This document shows, piece by piece, positions 18,977 through 27,594 of a DNA stretch of 60,209 bases. Every line of letters starts with the position of its first letter. The first letter of the stretch is position 1. The stretch comes from Patescibacteria group bacterium (lineage in GTDB: Bacteria; Patescibacteriota; Minisyncoccia; Phycocordibacterales; XYD1-FULL-46-19). Under the pieces are notes generated by a model. The model did no database searches, was not told the origin of the DNA, and saw only the letters and a program-made list of their open reading frames with translations. Location of the stretch: the NCBI GenBank assembly GCA_022705505.1, contig JAKJEI010000002.1, forward strand, positions 1 through 60,209, given 5' to 3'. Position numbers and translations under genes: made by a program.

Positions 18977-20269
18977 TTATTTTATTCTTTCTATTTTGAT
19001 GCCAATTTTTTGGAAACGTTCTTCAATTTTTTCATAACCACGGTCAATGTATTTGACGTTATGGACGACGGACCGACCAGAAGCGACAATCGCGGCCAAA
19101 ACGTAAGCCAAGCCGGCGCGCAGGTCTGGACTTTCTATTTCCTTACCCTCTAATTTACGTGGTCCATAAATAATCGCTCGGTGAGTGTCCAAATTTTTAG
19201 CTTCCAAACCCATTCGCGACAATGCTTCTAAATAATTTAAACGCCCTTCAAAAATAGTTTCAAAAATAAAACTCTCGCCGTTCGCCTGAGACAAGAAAAT
19301 TGCGAGGGGTGCCTGCAAATCAGTCGGAAAACCAGGATACTCATGAGTCTTCACATCTACCGCTTGGTATTTTTTCTTGCTACTTCCGACCCTGACAAAG
19401 TTCTCCCCAACTTCAAGCGACACTCCGCTTTCACGCAACAAATTGATGAGAGCGTCCAGGTGCTTTGGTTCACAACCGACCACTTTCAGGTCAGAGGCGG
19501 CCAAAGCTCCTAAAATAATAAAACTGCCAGCCTCAATCCGATCAGGGATTGTTTTGTATTCATGTCTGCCGCCAGTCAAAAGCCCGTTGCCTTCAATTGT
19601 AATTGTTGACGTGCCCAAACCCGAAATTTTGGCGCCACACTCGTTTAAAAATTCACCCAAACTGGCAACCTCCGGTTCCAAAGCGCAATTTTTTAACACT
19701 GTCTTGCCCTTGGCCAAAACCGCGGTCATTAGAAAAGTTTCCGTGGCCGTGACACTTTGATTTTTGAAAAATATTTCAGCTCCCCAAAGACCCTCTCTTG
19801 GCGCTTTGACCCAAAAAACACCTTCCGTTTCCGTTATGGTCGCGCCCATTTTTTCAAAGCCAGACAAAAATAAATCAACCGGCCGTTTACCGATCACGCA
19901 ACCACCCGGATAAGGAAATGATATTTCGCCAAAACGCGCCAACAAGGGTCCAGTCAAAACAATTGAAGCGCGCATTCGCTTGGCAATCTCTGACCAAAGC
20001 GGCTTATTGGAAATCGCGCTGGCGTCAAGCTGGTAAACACCTTTGTCTTTTTTGTTTACTTTAACACCCAGGTTGACCAACAAATCAAGCATCCGAAACA
20101 CGTCCTCAATCTCCGGCACATTGCTGGTCATAAAACCATCCTGAAAAAGCACGACGGAAGCCAAAATCTTGAGAGCGGCATTTTTAGCGCCGCCAACCAC
20201 AATCTCACCGGACAATGTTTGCTGACCGCCTAAACCGTCAATAATAAATTTGTCAGTTACCTCAGGCAC
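18977..20269 (-). CDS. murA: UDP-N-acetylglucosamine 1-carboxyvinyltransferase
   Basis: GGAKNAALKILA N-terminus and the active-site loop PGGCVIGKRP. GTG start. Confidence 0.93.
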   Translation of the reverse strand: MPEVTDKFIIDGLGGQQTLSGEIVVGGAKNAALKILASVVLFQDGFMTSNVPEIEDVFRMLDLLVNLGVKVNKKDKGVYQLDASAISNKPLWSEIAKRMRASIVLTGPLLARFGEISFPYPGGCVIGKRPVDLFLSGFEKMGATITETEGVFWVKAPREGLWGAEIFFKNQSVTATETFLMTAVLAKGKTVLKNCALEPEVASLGEFLNECGAKISGLGTSTITIEGNGLLTGGRHEYKTIPDRIEAGSFIILGALAASDLKVVGCEPKHLDALINLLRESGVSLEVGENFVRVGSSKKKYQAVDVKTHEYPGFPTDLQAPLAIFLSQANGESFIFETIFEGRLNYLEALSRMGLEAKNLDTHRAIIYGPRKLEGKEIESPDLRAGLAYVLAAIVASGRSVVHNVKYIDRGYEKIEERFQKIGIKIERIK

Positions 20270-20316
20270 GGTAGAAATAATACTAGATTAGAGGGCAAAA
20301 AGCAAAAACTTCTAAT

Positions 20317-20450
20317 GCAGACGAAACACTGATTTGCGCTGACAAAAACGCAGATAGATAAGTTGTAGGGGTTTCATCTTGTTTTCTGAAACCTGATAGT
20401 TAAAAGCTGCCCATCCGCGTTTCATCCGCGAAGATCTGTGTCTTATCTGC
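20317..20450. repeat. 134-bp intergenic element bounded by imperfect 17-nt inverted repeats
   Basis: Left end GCAGACGAAACACTGAT (plus strand) and right end GCAGATAAGACACAGAT (minus strand) match at 13/17. Internal hairpins are GGTTTCA-10nt-TGAAACC and TCGCG-GATGAAA-CGCGG. A related end copy lies at 27383-27408. Confidence 0.4.
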
Positions 20451-20451
20451 C

Positions 20452-22491
20452 TTAGACACGCAGGTCCGTGGTGAACACGCCTTTCTTCAGTTCTAGCGGT
20501 TCAGATTGATAAATTTTCTGATAAGAACCGTCAGGCAATTTTTCTTCCACTGTGTAGTAATAACTCCCCGGTCTGACCAAGATATAAAAATTTCCCACCT
20601 GGTCAGTCACGACATTTTTAACCTGCTGATTAATTTCCGGCAAAAACAGTCTGATGATAGAAAAAGGCAATGGCTCGCCGGTTTCTTTTTTGTAAAGACG
20701 CCGCGGTTTATATTTAGAACGCCACAACTTATTAAAAATATAAACCGCCACATAGAGCAAAGCTAGAATTATGTTTAAAACCGAAGGCCGAAAAACCAGA
20801 GTATAAATAGACAAAAGAAAGCCCAAATAAAAAATCATGTTAAAAATCCGGTTTCGCCAAATTTCTTTTTTTGAATAGAAACGGAAAAAATCGGTTTTGG
20901 TTTTGGCAAACTCGTTCCAGTCAAAACCAATAGGGTCCATTGGAATGTTAAGGTTTATAACTTCCTCGCCTTCAGTTGCCAAGGGTTGGCCAAAATACAA
21001 ATTATCGTAAAGCTCATCCACCCTTTGGCCAGCCAATTTTTGCGATGGAAATTGGTAATGAGTTTTGTTTGCCTTGACTAGATAATTGCCGGCAGGTAAC
21101 AAAAAGCCAAACCGTCCATCAATATCCGTGATAGCGCTGGTTATTTCTTTGCCACCGCCGACTGGCTCTATTGAAACGTAGGCCGGATCAAGAGGCCGTT
21201 TGGTGACCGAATCATAAACTGTGCCCCAAGGCTTAGCTTTTTTCCGCCGGCCAAATAAGTAACCAAGCAAACGAACCAAATAATTAAAGGTATCAGCCAA
21301 TGTGGGGAAAAAACCCACCGCCAAACCGGAGGCAACCACCGTTGGCGCCACCGCCTCAACCGTCAGAGACAAAAGCTCGGCACCCGGACGCTTTGTCCCC
21401 GAAACCGAGATCTTACCTCTCGTCGGGACAATTGTTTGGTTGTTGTAGTCAATCAAATAAATATACATTTCGTAAACACCTCCATATTTAAAAGCCGGCA
21501 CAGTCGCGCGGTAAACTTTTTTATCAGCCGAAACCCGCAAGATGACTGCCGTCACATCTTGCGGGTTTTCTGTGTCCACAAAAGTTACGCCGATTGTTTT
21601 TAAAACTTTGGGCACCTGCTTGTAATTCATTTCCAAAGTCAGAGTTTTACCCCCCTTAATGTAAACTGTTTCCCCACGATTAAAGAGCTTGATTGGCTCG
21701 CCCGGTTGGAGCAAACGCAAAAACCAAGAGGCTTCACTCAAGGGGGTGGAAGTGGCCAGGGGCAAACCAATAAAAGGATCCATTGTTTCTTTTCTCCCCC
21801 CATCTTCCCCGTCAGATTTTCCTTCTTTATTTTCAGATTCCTTTTCTTCCTCTTTCTCCTCCGTTTCTTCAACCTCCTCTTTCTCCTCCTCCGTTTCTTC
21901 TCCCCTTAGATCAAGAGAGGCGATCGCGCCAGAAGAAAATTCTCCCTTCTTATTTTTAACAAAAGCGGCATAATAATATAAGCTGCCAGTCGCAACCCCG
22001 CTGTCTTTAGCCGATTGACCCTTGCCTTGGAAAATAAGAACGCCCTCACTTGGATTATTGGGAATTCCCCCCTCCAAACGAACTATTCTAACAAGCGAAA
22101 AGTCTTTTTTGGGGTTACGCCAAGACAAAAAAGCTTCATTTTTGTCTTCTTTATAAATTACCGAAAAATTTGTAACATTTGGCACACTTGGATACTGGCA
22201 GTAACCATCATCAACAGTGGCAGTTGAGTCATAATTTAAAGCTTCTTCATCAGTGCAACCATAAACATCTTTAGGCGGTGTCGGTTCACCACCATAAGCA
22301 CAGCTACCATCGTCAATTGTGGCGCTTGAACTATAATTGCTAGCAGAAGGATCGGTACAACCGCTAATTCCAGAACCGGAGGTAACTTCCAAACCAACTT
22401 GAACTGAGTCCGTCTCTGCCCCAAGAACAAAAGGAGTTACAAACAAAAATAAAAGCAAAAACAGAATAAAATTTTTTTTGAAATTAAACAC
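20452..22491 (-). CDS. Large secreted/polytopic surface protein (hypothetical)
   Basis: Signal peptide, then two copies of the Cys motif GCTD..NY....DDG.C.Y. These are followed by an FN3-like segment and a Glu-rich linker (EETEEEKEEVEETEEKEEEKE). TM helices are interleaved with two carboxypeptidase-regulatory-like beta domains. GTG start lies 1 nt after the upstream stop. Confidence 0.6.
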   Translation of the reverse strand: MFNFKKNFILFLLLFLFVTPFVLGAETDSVQVGLEVTSGSGISGCTDPSASNYSSSATIDDGSCAYGGEPTPPKDVYGCTDEEALNYDSTATVDDGYCQYPSVPNVTNFSVIYKEDKNEAFLSWRNPKKDFSLVRIVRLEGGIPNNPSEGVLIFQGKGQSAKDSGVATGSLYYYAAFVKNKKGEFSSGAIASLDLRGEETEEEKEEVEETEEKEEEKESENKEGKSDGEDGGRKETMDPFIGLPLATSTPLSEASWFLRLLQPGEPIKLFNRGETVYIKGGKTLTLEMNYKQVPKVLKTIGVTFVDTENPQDVTAVILRVSADKKVYRATVPAFKYGGVYEMYIYLIDYNNQTIVPTRGKISVSGTKRPGAELLSLTVEAVAPTVVASGLAVGFFPTLADTFNYLVRLLGYLFGRRKKAKPWGTVYDSVTKRPLDPAYVSIEPVGGGKEITSAITDIDGRFGFLLPAGNYLVKANKTHYQFPSQKLAGQRVDELYDNLYFGQPLATEGEEVINLNIPMDPIGFDWNEFAKTKTDFFRFYSKKEIWRNRIFNMIFYLGFLLSIYTLVFRPSVLNIILALLYVAVYIFNKLWRSKYKPRRLYKKETGEPLPFSIIRLFLPEINQQVKNVVTDQVGNFYILVRPGSYYYTVEEKLPDGSYQKIYQSEPLELKKGVFTTDLRV

Positions 22492-22492
22492 T

Positions 22493-23245
22493 TTATTGAC
22501 TTAAAGCGATTAAGGTAATGTCCGCCGAATAAGAGCCCACTGTTTGGGTTTTTCCGCTGCCGATTTCGGCCCTGAATTTTACAGTTGTAACCGTCCCGGC
22601 TGGATTGTTGGCATCATTGTTAGAGGCAATTAGATAATCAGAGGTTGATAAGTTATACCAACAACGATCAGCGGTAATTTCAGAACCAACATTGCAAACT
22701 GAACCATTGTTTTTAAAAGCGGCCGCCACATCACTGCCGGAAACAGTGAAGCCAAACTCAGAAGCAGTTGAGCCAACCGACCAGCCAAAATCAGGCACAC
22801 CAACTAAAGCTGGCGTATAATCAGCAAAACTGTCACCCGCGCTTTGCAACGCCGGCACAGCGCCAGCGCTAATATACAACAAGTAGCCATTCGGATCGTT
22901 CGTTGTTACCGTCCAGCTTCCACTGCCATCTGATTGCCCGCCGGTCGTCGTCAATCCAGCCAAAGATATATTCTCTGGCGCCGAAATTGTAATTGTGTAA
23001 TCCCCGGCCGCCGCGCGATAACCGGCCTTAACCGCGTAAAGAGTCCCCGACAAATCTCCCGACGCAAACTCCCCAAGAGTGTCACTCAAGCTATAATTTG
23101 AAGAAATTGAATTCTCCGTTCCGCCAAAATTAAAGCTGTCCTTTTCCATCCGATAGTTAGAACTTTCAGACACATAACCGAAAACCAAACCCGAGCTGGC
23201 AAAAAATAACATAACCGCCGTCACAATTTTTTTAAGATTAAACAT
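22493..23245 (-). CDS. Secreted beta-rich protein (hypothetical; WxL-like C-terminal strand)
   Basis: Signal peptide, SxNY repeats near the N-terminus, and a Gly/Ser/Thr-rich body ending GSYSADITLIALSQ. Confidence 0.6.
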   Translation of the reverse strand: MFNLKKIVTAVMLFFASSGLVFGYVSESSNYRMEKDSFNFGGTENSISSNYSLSDTLGEFASGDLSGTLYAVKAGYRAAAGDYTITISAPENISLAGLTTTGGQSDGSGSWTVTTNDPNGYLLYISAGAVPALQSAGDSFADYTPALVGVPDFGWSVGSTASEFGFTVSGSDVAAAFKNNGSVCNVGSEITADRCWYNLSTSDYLIASNNDANNPAGTVTTVKFRAEIGSGKTQTVGSYSADITLIALSQ

Positions 23246-24104
23246 TTTTTTTGCGGATTATTTTAAAGATTATCACCCAAACGAAGAACAAAAGAATAGC
23301 GGAAAAAATTAACAAAATCGGCCAAGGTAAAAACCAAAAACTGGTTTCCCTCATATCAACTTCGTCATTATACCCTCGATTAAGCAACAAGGAGGCGGAA
23401 TAGAGGCCGGGGAAACCCAACGCGCTTGTTTTGGTTTCAGATAAACGAGTTTGACCGGGCAAAACTGAACGTGGAGGAATATCCACTAAAGTTTGAGAGC
23501 CTGTTAATTTGTTGACCAAAATCATTTTACCATAAGGATTCAAATAAATATTGCCAGAATTTTCAAAAGAAAAGTGCCACTCCAAAGGAGCTGCAAATTT
23601 TAATTGCCGCCCCAAAATTCCAAAAGAAACCAGTTTCCCCTCTTCTTTAACTGGCCCCCCGACACGAACAAAAATAGTTGAGCCCAGGGCGGCTGAAACG
23701 CCCGCTTCTCCTTTGGCCCCCTGATTCGGACTGGCGATCACTTGCAGGAAACCATAAGCTCCTCCTGGGGCTGTTTCCGTCGGAATATTAATTCCAAAAT
23801 AAACTGTTTTTGTTTGACCGTCAGCCACAAAAACTCTTTCACCTTCCAAACTTACAAAATCAGTTAACGGATAAGCTCCCGGTCGATTTAATTCAATATT
23901 TTTTAACTTAAGCTCAAAATAAGAATTGCGTCCAAGGTTGTTGGTAATTGTAAAAGATTCTTGCGCTGAGACACCGGGGTTAAGCACAACTTCTTGTTTA
24001 GCTGGCCTAAGCGAAAAAGATTCAGCCAGCACCCAACAAGGGAAAAGAACAACGGCCATCAAAAGAACCGGCCGACAAAAATTTTTGATTCCTAACTTCA
24101 TCAT
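23238..24104 (-). CDS. Secreted protein with C-terminal TM anchor (hypothetical; DUF916/CscA-like architecture)
   Basis: Signal peptide, two beta-sandwich-like halves, and a C-terminal TM helix with a basic tail (WPILLIFSAILLFFVWVIIFKIIRKKN). Confidence 0.6.
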   Translation of the reverse strand: MMKLGIKNFCRPVLLMAVVLFPCWVLAESFSLRPAKQEVVLNPGVSAQESFTITNNLGRNSYFELKLKNIELNRPGAYPLTDFVSLEGERVFVADGQTKTVYFGINIPTETAPGGAYGFLQVIASPNQGAKGEAGVSAALGSTIFVRVGGPVKEEGKLVSFGILGRQLKFAAPLEWHFSFENSGNIYLNPYGKMILVNKLTGSQTLVDIPPRSVLPGQTRLSETKTSALGFPGLYSASLLLNRGYNDEVDMRETSFWFLPWPILLIFSAILLFFVWVIIFKIIRKKNV

Positions 24105-25381
24105 TGATTAATTGGCGTCAATAAAAAGACATAGTCGTCGCCTTTTTCGCCATCTTCAAATATCGGAGTGATGACCCCGGCTTGACCGCTCTTATCAAAA
24201 CTGATGGAAACCTCATCGGAAAACTGTTTCTCCAGGTCTTTTTTTATCTTTTCATCGGCGGACGGATCGCCGGTGGATGGCACGACTACCGCTCCGTAGG
24301 AAGCCCTCATTGTGTCATCATCGACTTGACCACTTTGGCTTTGTAATCGTAAGTTTTTGGAAATTTCTTCGGCGATCACTTTTTTAATTTCCGCCATGGC
24401 CTCCGGGCTAACCTCGCTTGGGTTTATAAAATTGCGCCAATTCAACGCAACTTCGTCGGCCTTAAGCAAAGTTGCTGTCCAAATAGCGGAAATTTTTTGA
24501 TTTAGGCGAACCGGTAAATTTTCAAACCAAAGTAAACCGTTATCAAGGAAGATCGCCCATTTGATTAATCTGATTGACCATCTCTCATAGATTTGGCGAA
24601 GAGTGTTTTCCATTCTGCCCAAATTAATCATAGAGGCCGAGTTCCAGGTTGCCGCCACTTGCGGGGGCAGAGCCTTGACTTCTTTGCTTACCTGAGACAC
24701 TCCCCGCTTAACGGAAGCAAAAAAACCTGAGTCAACACCGACGACTTTGTCCAAAACAACTAGAGCGCGCGCGCCAAGTAACTGACGACGAACAGCAACT
24801 TTTTCTTTAACCCCATTTATGTTCGTTGCCCAACTGTTGCTCTTTTGGATCAAGGCCAAACTGGAGTCTCGACTGGCTTGTTCTAATTTGTCAGCTATTT
24901 GATTTTCGCCAATAGCCAAAGTTTTGATAACCTGGCTATACCCCCTCTTGACCAATTCACCCCAATTGGCTGTCACCGCTGCCAAATTTTTTTGTTCAAC
25001 TCCTTTTATTAAATAAGCGGCCTTATCCAAAGTATAATCTAGAGGCTTAGTCATGTAAGCATAAGTTACCCCAATAGTGTTTGTAGTCATTGCCACTATT
25101 TTTGTCCCGACTCTGACAGCCGAATCCCAATAGAGCAAGTCCGTGCTCAACAAAGATAAAACAAACAAGACGCCAAGCAACACGGCCGGCCACCGGTTAA
25201 GTCTTTTGGCCGGTAAAATATCCGCTTTAATGGCTGGCAACAAAGCGCGACGACGCCAAAACAGCTGATAACCCAACCAGTTCTTTTTGGTTTTCGACAA
25301 AAGAGTTGTCTGTTGGTTAGAGACAAGATCCCCCGTCAAACTATCTTTGTCAAGGCTTGATTGATTTTCAGGTTCAGTCAT
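24101..25381 (-). CDS. Bitopic membrane protein, helical ectodomain (hypothetical)
   Basis: Polar N-terminus, one TM helix (AVLLGVLFVLSLLSTDLL) and a long helical region. ATGA overlap with the next gene. Confidence 0.55.
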   Translation of the reverse strand: MTEPENQSSLDKDSLTGDLVSNQQTTLLSKTKKNWLGYQLFWRRRALLPAIKADILPAKRLNRWPAVLLGVLFVLSLLSTDLLYWDSAVRVGTKIVAMTTNTIGVTYAYMTKPLDYTLDKAAYLIKGVEQKNLAAVTANWGELVKRGYSQVIKTLAIGENQIADKLEQASRDSSLALIQKSNSWATNINGVKEKVAVRRQLLGARALVVLDKVVGVDSGFFASVKRGVSQVSKEVKALPPQVAATWNSASMINLGRMENTLRQIYERWSIRLIKWAIFLDNGLLWFENLPVRLNQKISAIWTATLLKADEVALNWRNFINPSEVSPEAMAEIKKVIAEEISKNLRLQSQSGQVDDDTMRASYGAVVVPSTGDPSADEKIKKDLEKQFSDEVSISFDKSGQAGVITPIFEDGEKGDDYVFLLTPINQ

Positions 25382-25479
25382 CTTTTATTGCTTAAATTAT
25401 AACACTTTTGACAAACCGGCGGCAACTAGTACCGGTTGTGAATAACCCCAAAAGACTATATACTCTAAAATGAGAGCCT

Positions 25480-27375
25480 ATGAAAATAGTTGAGACCATC
25501 CCTATCGCAAAAGGTGTTTTTAAAGAGCGTCTAGCCTATTTTTCCAACCAAGAAATCAAGCCCGGTATGCTGGTGGAAGCGCCCTTAAAAAACAAGACTA
25601 TAACGGCCCTAGTGGCTTCTGTTAAAGAAGCAGGAGACCTTAAAGCGCAAATAAAAAATTCGGATTTCGCGATGAAAAAACTAGGCCCTATCAAAAACAA
25701 AGGGTTCTTTCTGCCCGAGTTTTTGGCAAGCGCCACCTGGTCGGCGGAGTATTTTGCCTGCTCGCTCGGCCAAATCATAAAGGAACTAACACCGAAAATT
25801 GTTTTGGATAATTCGGAAAACATCAAAGTTTCGCTGCCTAAAGAAGACGCCGAGGATGTTGTTTCAGAAATTCAAGCTTCACAGGCTTCGGAGGAAGAAC
25901 GTTGGTCTTTTTACAAAAGTCTTATTCGGGAAGCTTTTGCTAAAAAGCAATCTGTCTTCTGGTGTTTACCTAATGTCACTGAAATAAAAAACGCGCAAAA
26001 TTTTATCGCTCGCGGCATAGAACAATATGTGATAATTTTGCACAACAAACTATCCAAGAAAGAGTTGTTGACCGCCTGGAAAAAAGCGATTGAAAATGAC
26101 CATTCTGTTTTGATAATTGCCACGCCAATGTTCTTGTCCTTGCCGCGCGAAAACATAAAAACTTTTATCATAGATAAAGAAAATTCTTCCGCTTATAAAA
26201 GCCGCGTCCGACCCTTCTTAGATTTTCGTCGCTTTGCCGAAGATTATGCCCGACGCCGAAAAGTCAGATTAATTTTTGGCGATATTGTTTTGCGGAGCGA
26301 AACGATTTATCGTCTTGGCCAAAACGAAATCACGCCAATCAACCCAGTTAAATATCGTCTTTACGCTGAAATCAAACAGGTCATTGCCAAACTGAACAAA
26401 AATAGCGAAGACCGAATCACCGTTGGCAGCCTAAGTCAAGAACTTGGTTGGTTAATAGAAAATAACAAAGAAAGGAGCGAAAACTTGTTTATTTTTTCCG
26501 GCCGACGCGGTCTGGCGCCTGTCGTTATCTGTCGCGACTGCCAAACCGTGGTTACTTGTGATGTCTGCCAAACACCACTGGTGATACACAAAAAAACTCC
26601 AGAGCGTCAGACTGGCCGAATGTTTATCTGTCACCGCTGCAACCAGGCCGTTGAGATTGATGACACTTGTAAGGTTTGCGGCGGGTCACGGTTAGCGGTC
26701 CTTGGTTATGGAATAGAAAAAATAGAAGAAGATATCAGAACACTGCTACCTGAGATAAATATTTTTCGACTAGACAGCGATTCTGTTAAAAACAACAAAA
26801 AAGCGATTGAGATTGTCCAAAAATTTGCGTCTTCGCCAGGGTCCGTTCTTTTGGGCACGGAGATGGCCCTGCCTTACTTGCCGAACGAGATCGAAAATGT
26901 CGCGATAGGCGGAATAGACGCTTTTTTTGCCTTGCCGGATTTCCGAATTGCTGAAAAACTTTTTTCTCTGCTTTTTAGACTACGCGCCAAAGCGACCAGG
27001 CGTTTCTTAATCCAAACCGGCAACCCCGAGGAAAAAGTTTTTGATTTTGTTTTGGGAGGCAACTTGTTGGACTTCTTCCGTGAAGAGATCGCTGAACGTA
27101 AAAAGCTTGGCTATCCGCCGTTCAAGGTTTTGCTTAAAGTTAGTCTAGCCGGCCGACCTGAAATGGCAAAGCGCGAGATAAAAAAACTGGCTGACAAACT
27201 AGAAAGATACAAGCCACTCGTTTACCCTACCTTAACGGGCGCTATTAAGGAGTATGAACAAAACCTTTTGCTTAAGCTGGAACCAAAAGACTGGCCAAAC
27301 CCAAAGTTATCAGAAATTATAAAAAACCTCCCCCCTTCTTTTATTGTGGAGGTTGACCCTGAAAAAATACTTTGA
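25480..27375 (+). CDS. priA: Primosomal protein N' (PriA)-like, with degenerate ATPase motifs
   Basis: Collinear with PriA, including the Cys-rich zinc insertion (CRDCQTVVTCDVCQ...CHRCN...CKVCGG). However, Walker A is absent (SEEERWSFY), DEEH is replaced by DKEN, and RAGR by RAKA. Confidence 0.75.
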   Translation: MKIVETIPIAKGVFKERLAYFSNQEIKPGMLVEAPLKNKTITALVASVKEAGDLKAQIKNSDFAMKKLGPIKNKGFFLPEFLASATWSAEYFACSLGQIIKELTPKIVLDNSENIKVSLPKEDAEDVVSEIQASQASEEERWSFYKSLIREAFAKKQSVFWCLPNVTEIKNAQNFIARGIEQYVIILHNKLSKKELLTAWKKAIENDHSVLIIATPMFLSLPRENIKTFIIDKENSSAYKSRVRPFLDFRRFAEDYARRRKVRLIFGDIVLRSETIYRLGQNEITPINPVKYRLYAEIKQVIAKLNKNSEDRITVGSLSQELGWLIENNKERSENLFIFSGRRGLAPVVICRDCQTVVTCDVCQTPLVIHKKTPERQTGRMFICHRCNQAVEIDDTCKVCGGSRLAVLGYGIEKIEEDIRTLLPEINIFRLDSDSVKNNKKAIEIVQKFASSPGSVLLGTEMALPYLPNEIENVAIGGIDAFFALPDFRIAEKLFSLLFRLRAKATRRFLIQTGNPEEKVFDFVLGGNLLDFFREEIAERKKLGYPPFKVLLKVSLAGRPEMAKREIKKLADKLERYKPLVYPTLTGAIKEYEQNLLLKLEPKDWPNPKLSEIIKNLPPSFIVEVDPEKIL

Positions 27376-27382
27376 TATAGGA

Positions 27383-27408
27383 TGCGGATAAAACATAGAT
27401 CTCACGCG
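27383..27408 (+). repeat. Solo copy of the 20317-20450 terminal repeat
   Basis: GCGGATAAAACATAGATCTCACGCGG compared with the reverse complement of 20426-20450, GCAGATAAGACACAGATCTTCGCGG: about 21/26 with one indel. Both copies start within 10 nt after a stop codon, in the same orientation. Confidence 0.4.
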
Positions 27409-27542
27409 GGCCGGACAGTTAAAAACGCGCTTGCCGCCTTGGACAGAGAATTACGACGATTTTTCATTTTACCTTCCAACTCTAAATCCCCTAGCTTCTC
27501 CCCCTAAAAGATTGGCTTGCTTCATTCTTTATTCCGTATAAT

Positions 27543-27566
27543 ATATACTACAGAATATACTACAGA
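27543..27566 (+). repeat. Perfect tandem 12-bp duplication upstream of def
   Basis: ATATACTACAGA x2, immediately after a TATAAT box (27537-27542) and 29 nt before the def ATG. Confidence 0.7.
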
Positions 27567-27594
27567 CAGATTTGATGATATATAACACACAAAT

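Noticed and set aside
20270-20451. Possible CRISPR repeat or riboswitch, because of the recurring GATGAAAC and CATCCGCG words
   Set aside because: There are only two or three short words with irregular spacing and no repeat-spacer periodicity. No cas genes are present, and I could match no known riboswitch core. It is kept only as a generic structured or MITE-like element.
21770-21910. Glu/Lys-rich low-complexity tract and its overlapping alternative-frame ORFs (21689-21973, 21706-21909)
   Set aside because: It is a simple GAA/GAG-rich coding linker within the 679-aa surface protein. The overlapping ORFs are frame shadows of that tract.
27382-27507. 41-aa basic ORF (MRIKHRSHAGRTVKNALAALDRELRRFF...) downstream of priA, plus a 37-aa ORF in the murA upstream spacer
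   Set aside because: Both overlap the dispersed repeat, yet the repeat is read in different frames at the two loci. This argues that the conserved unit is nucleotide sequence, not protein.
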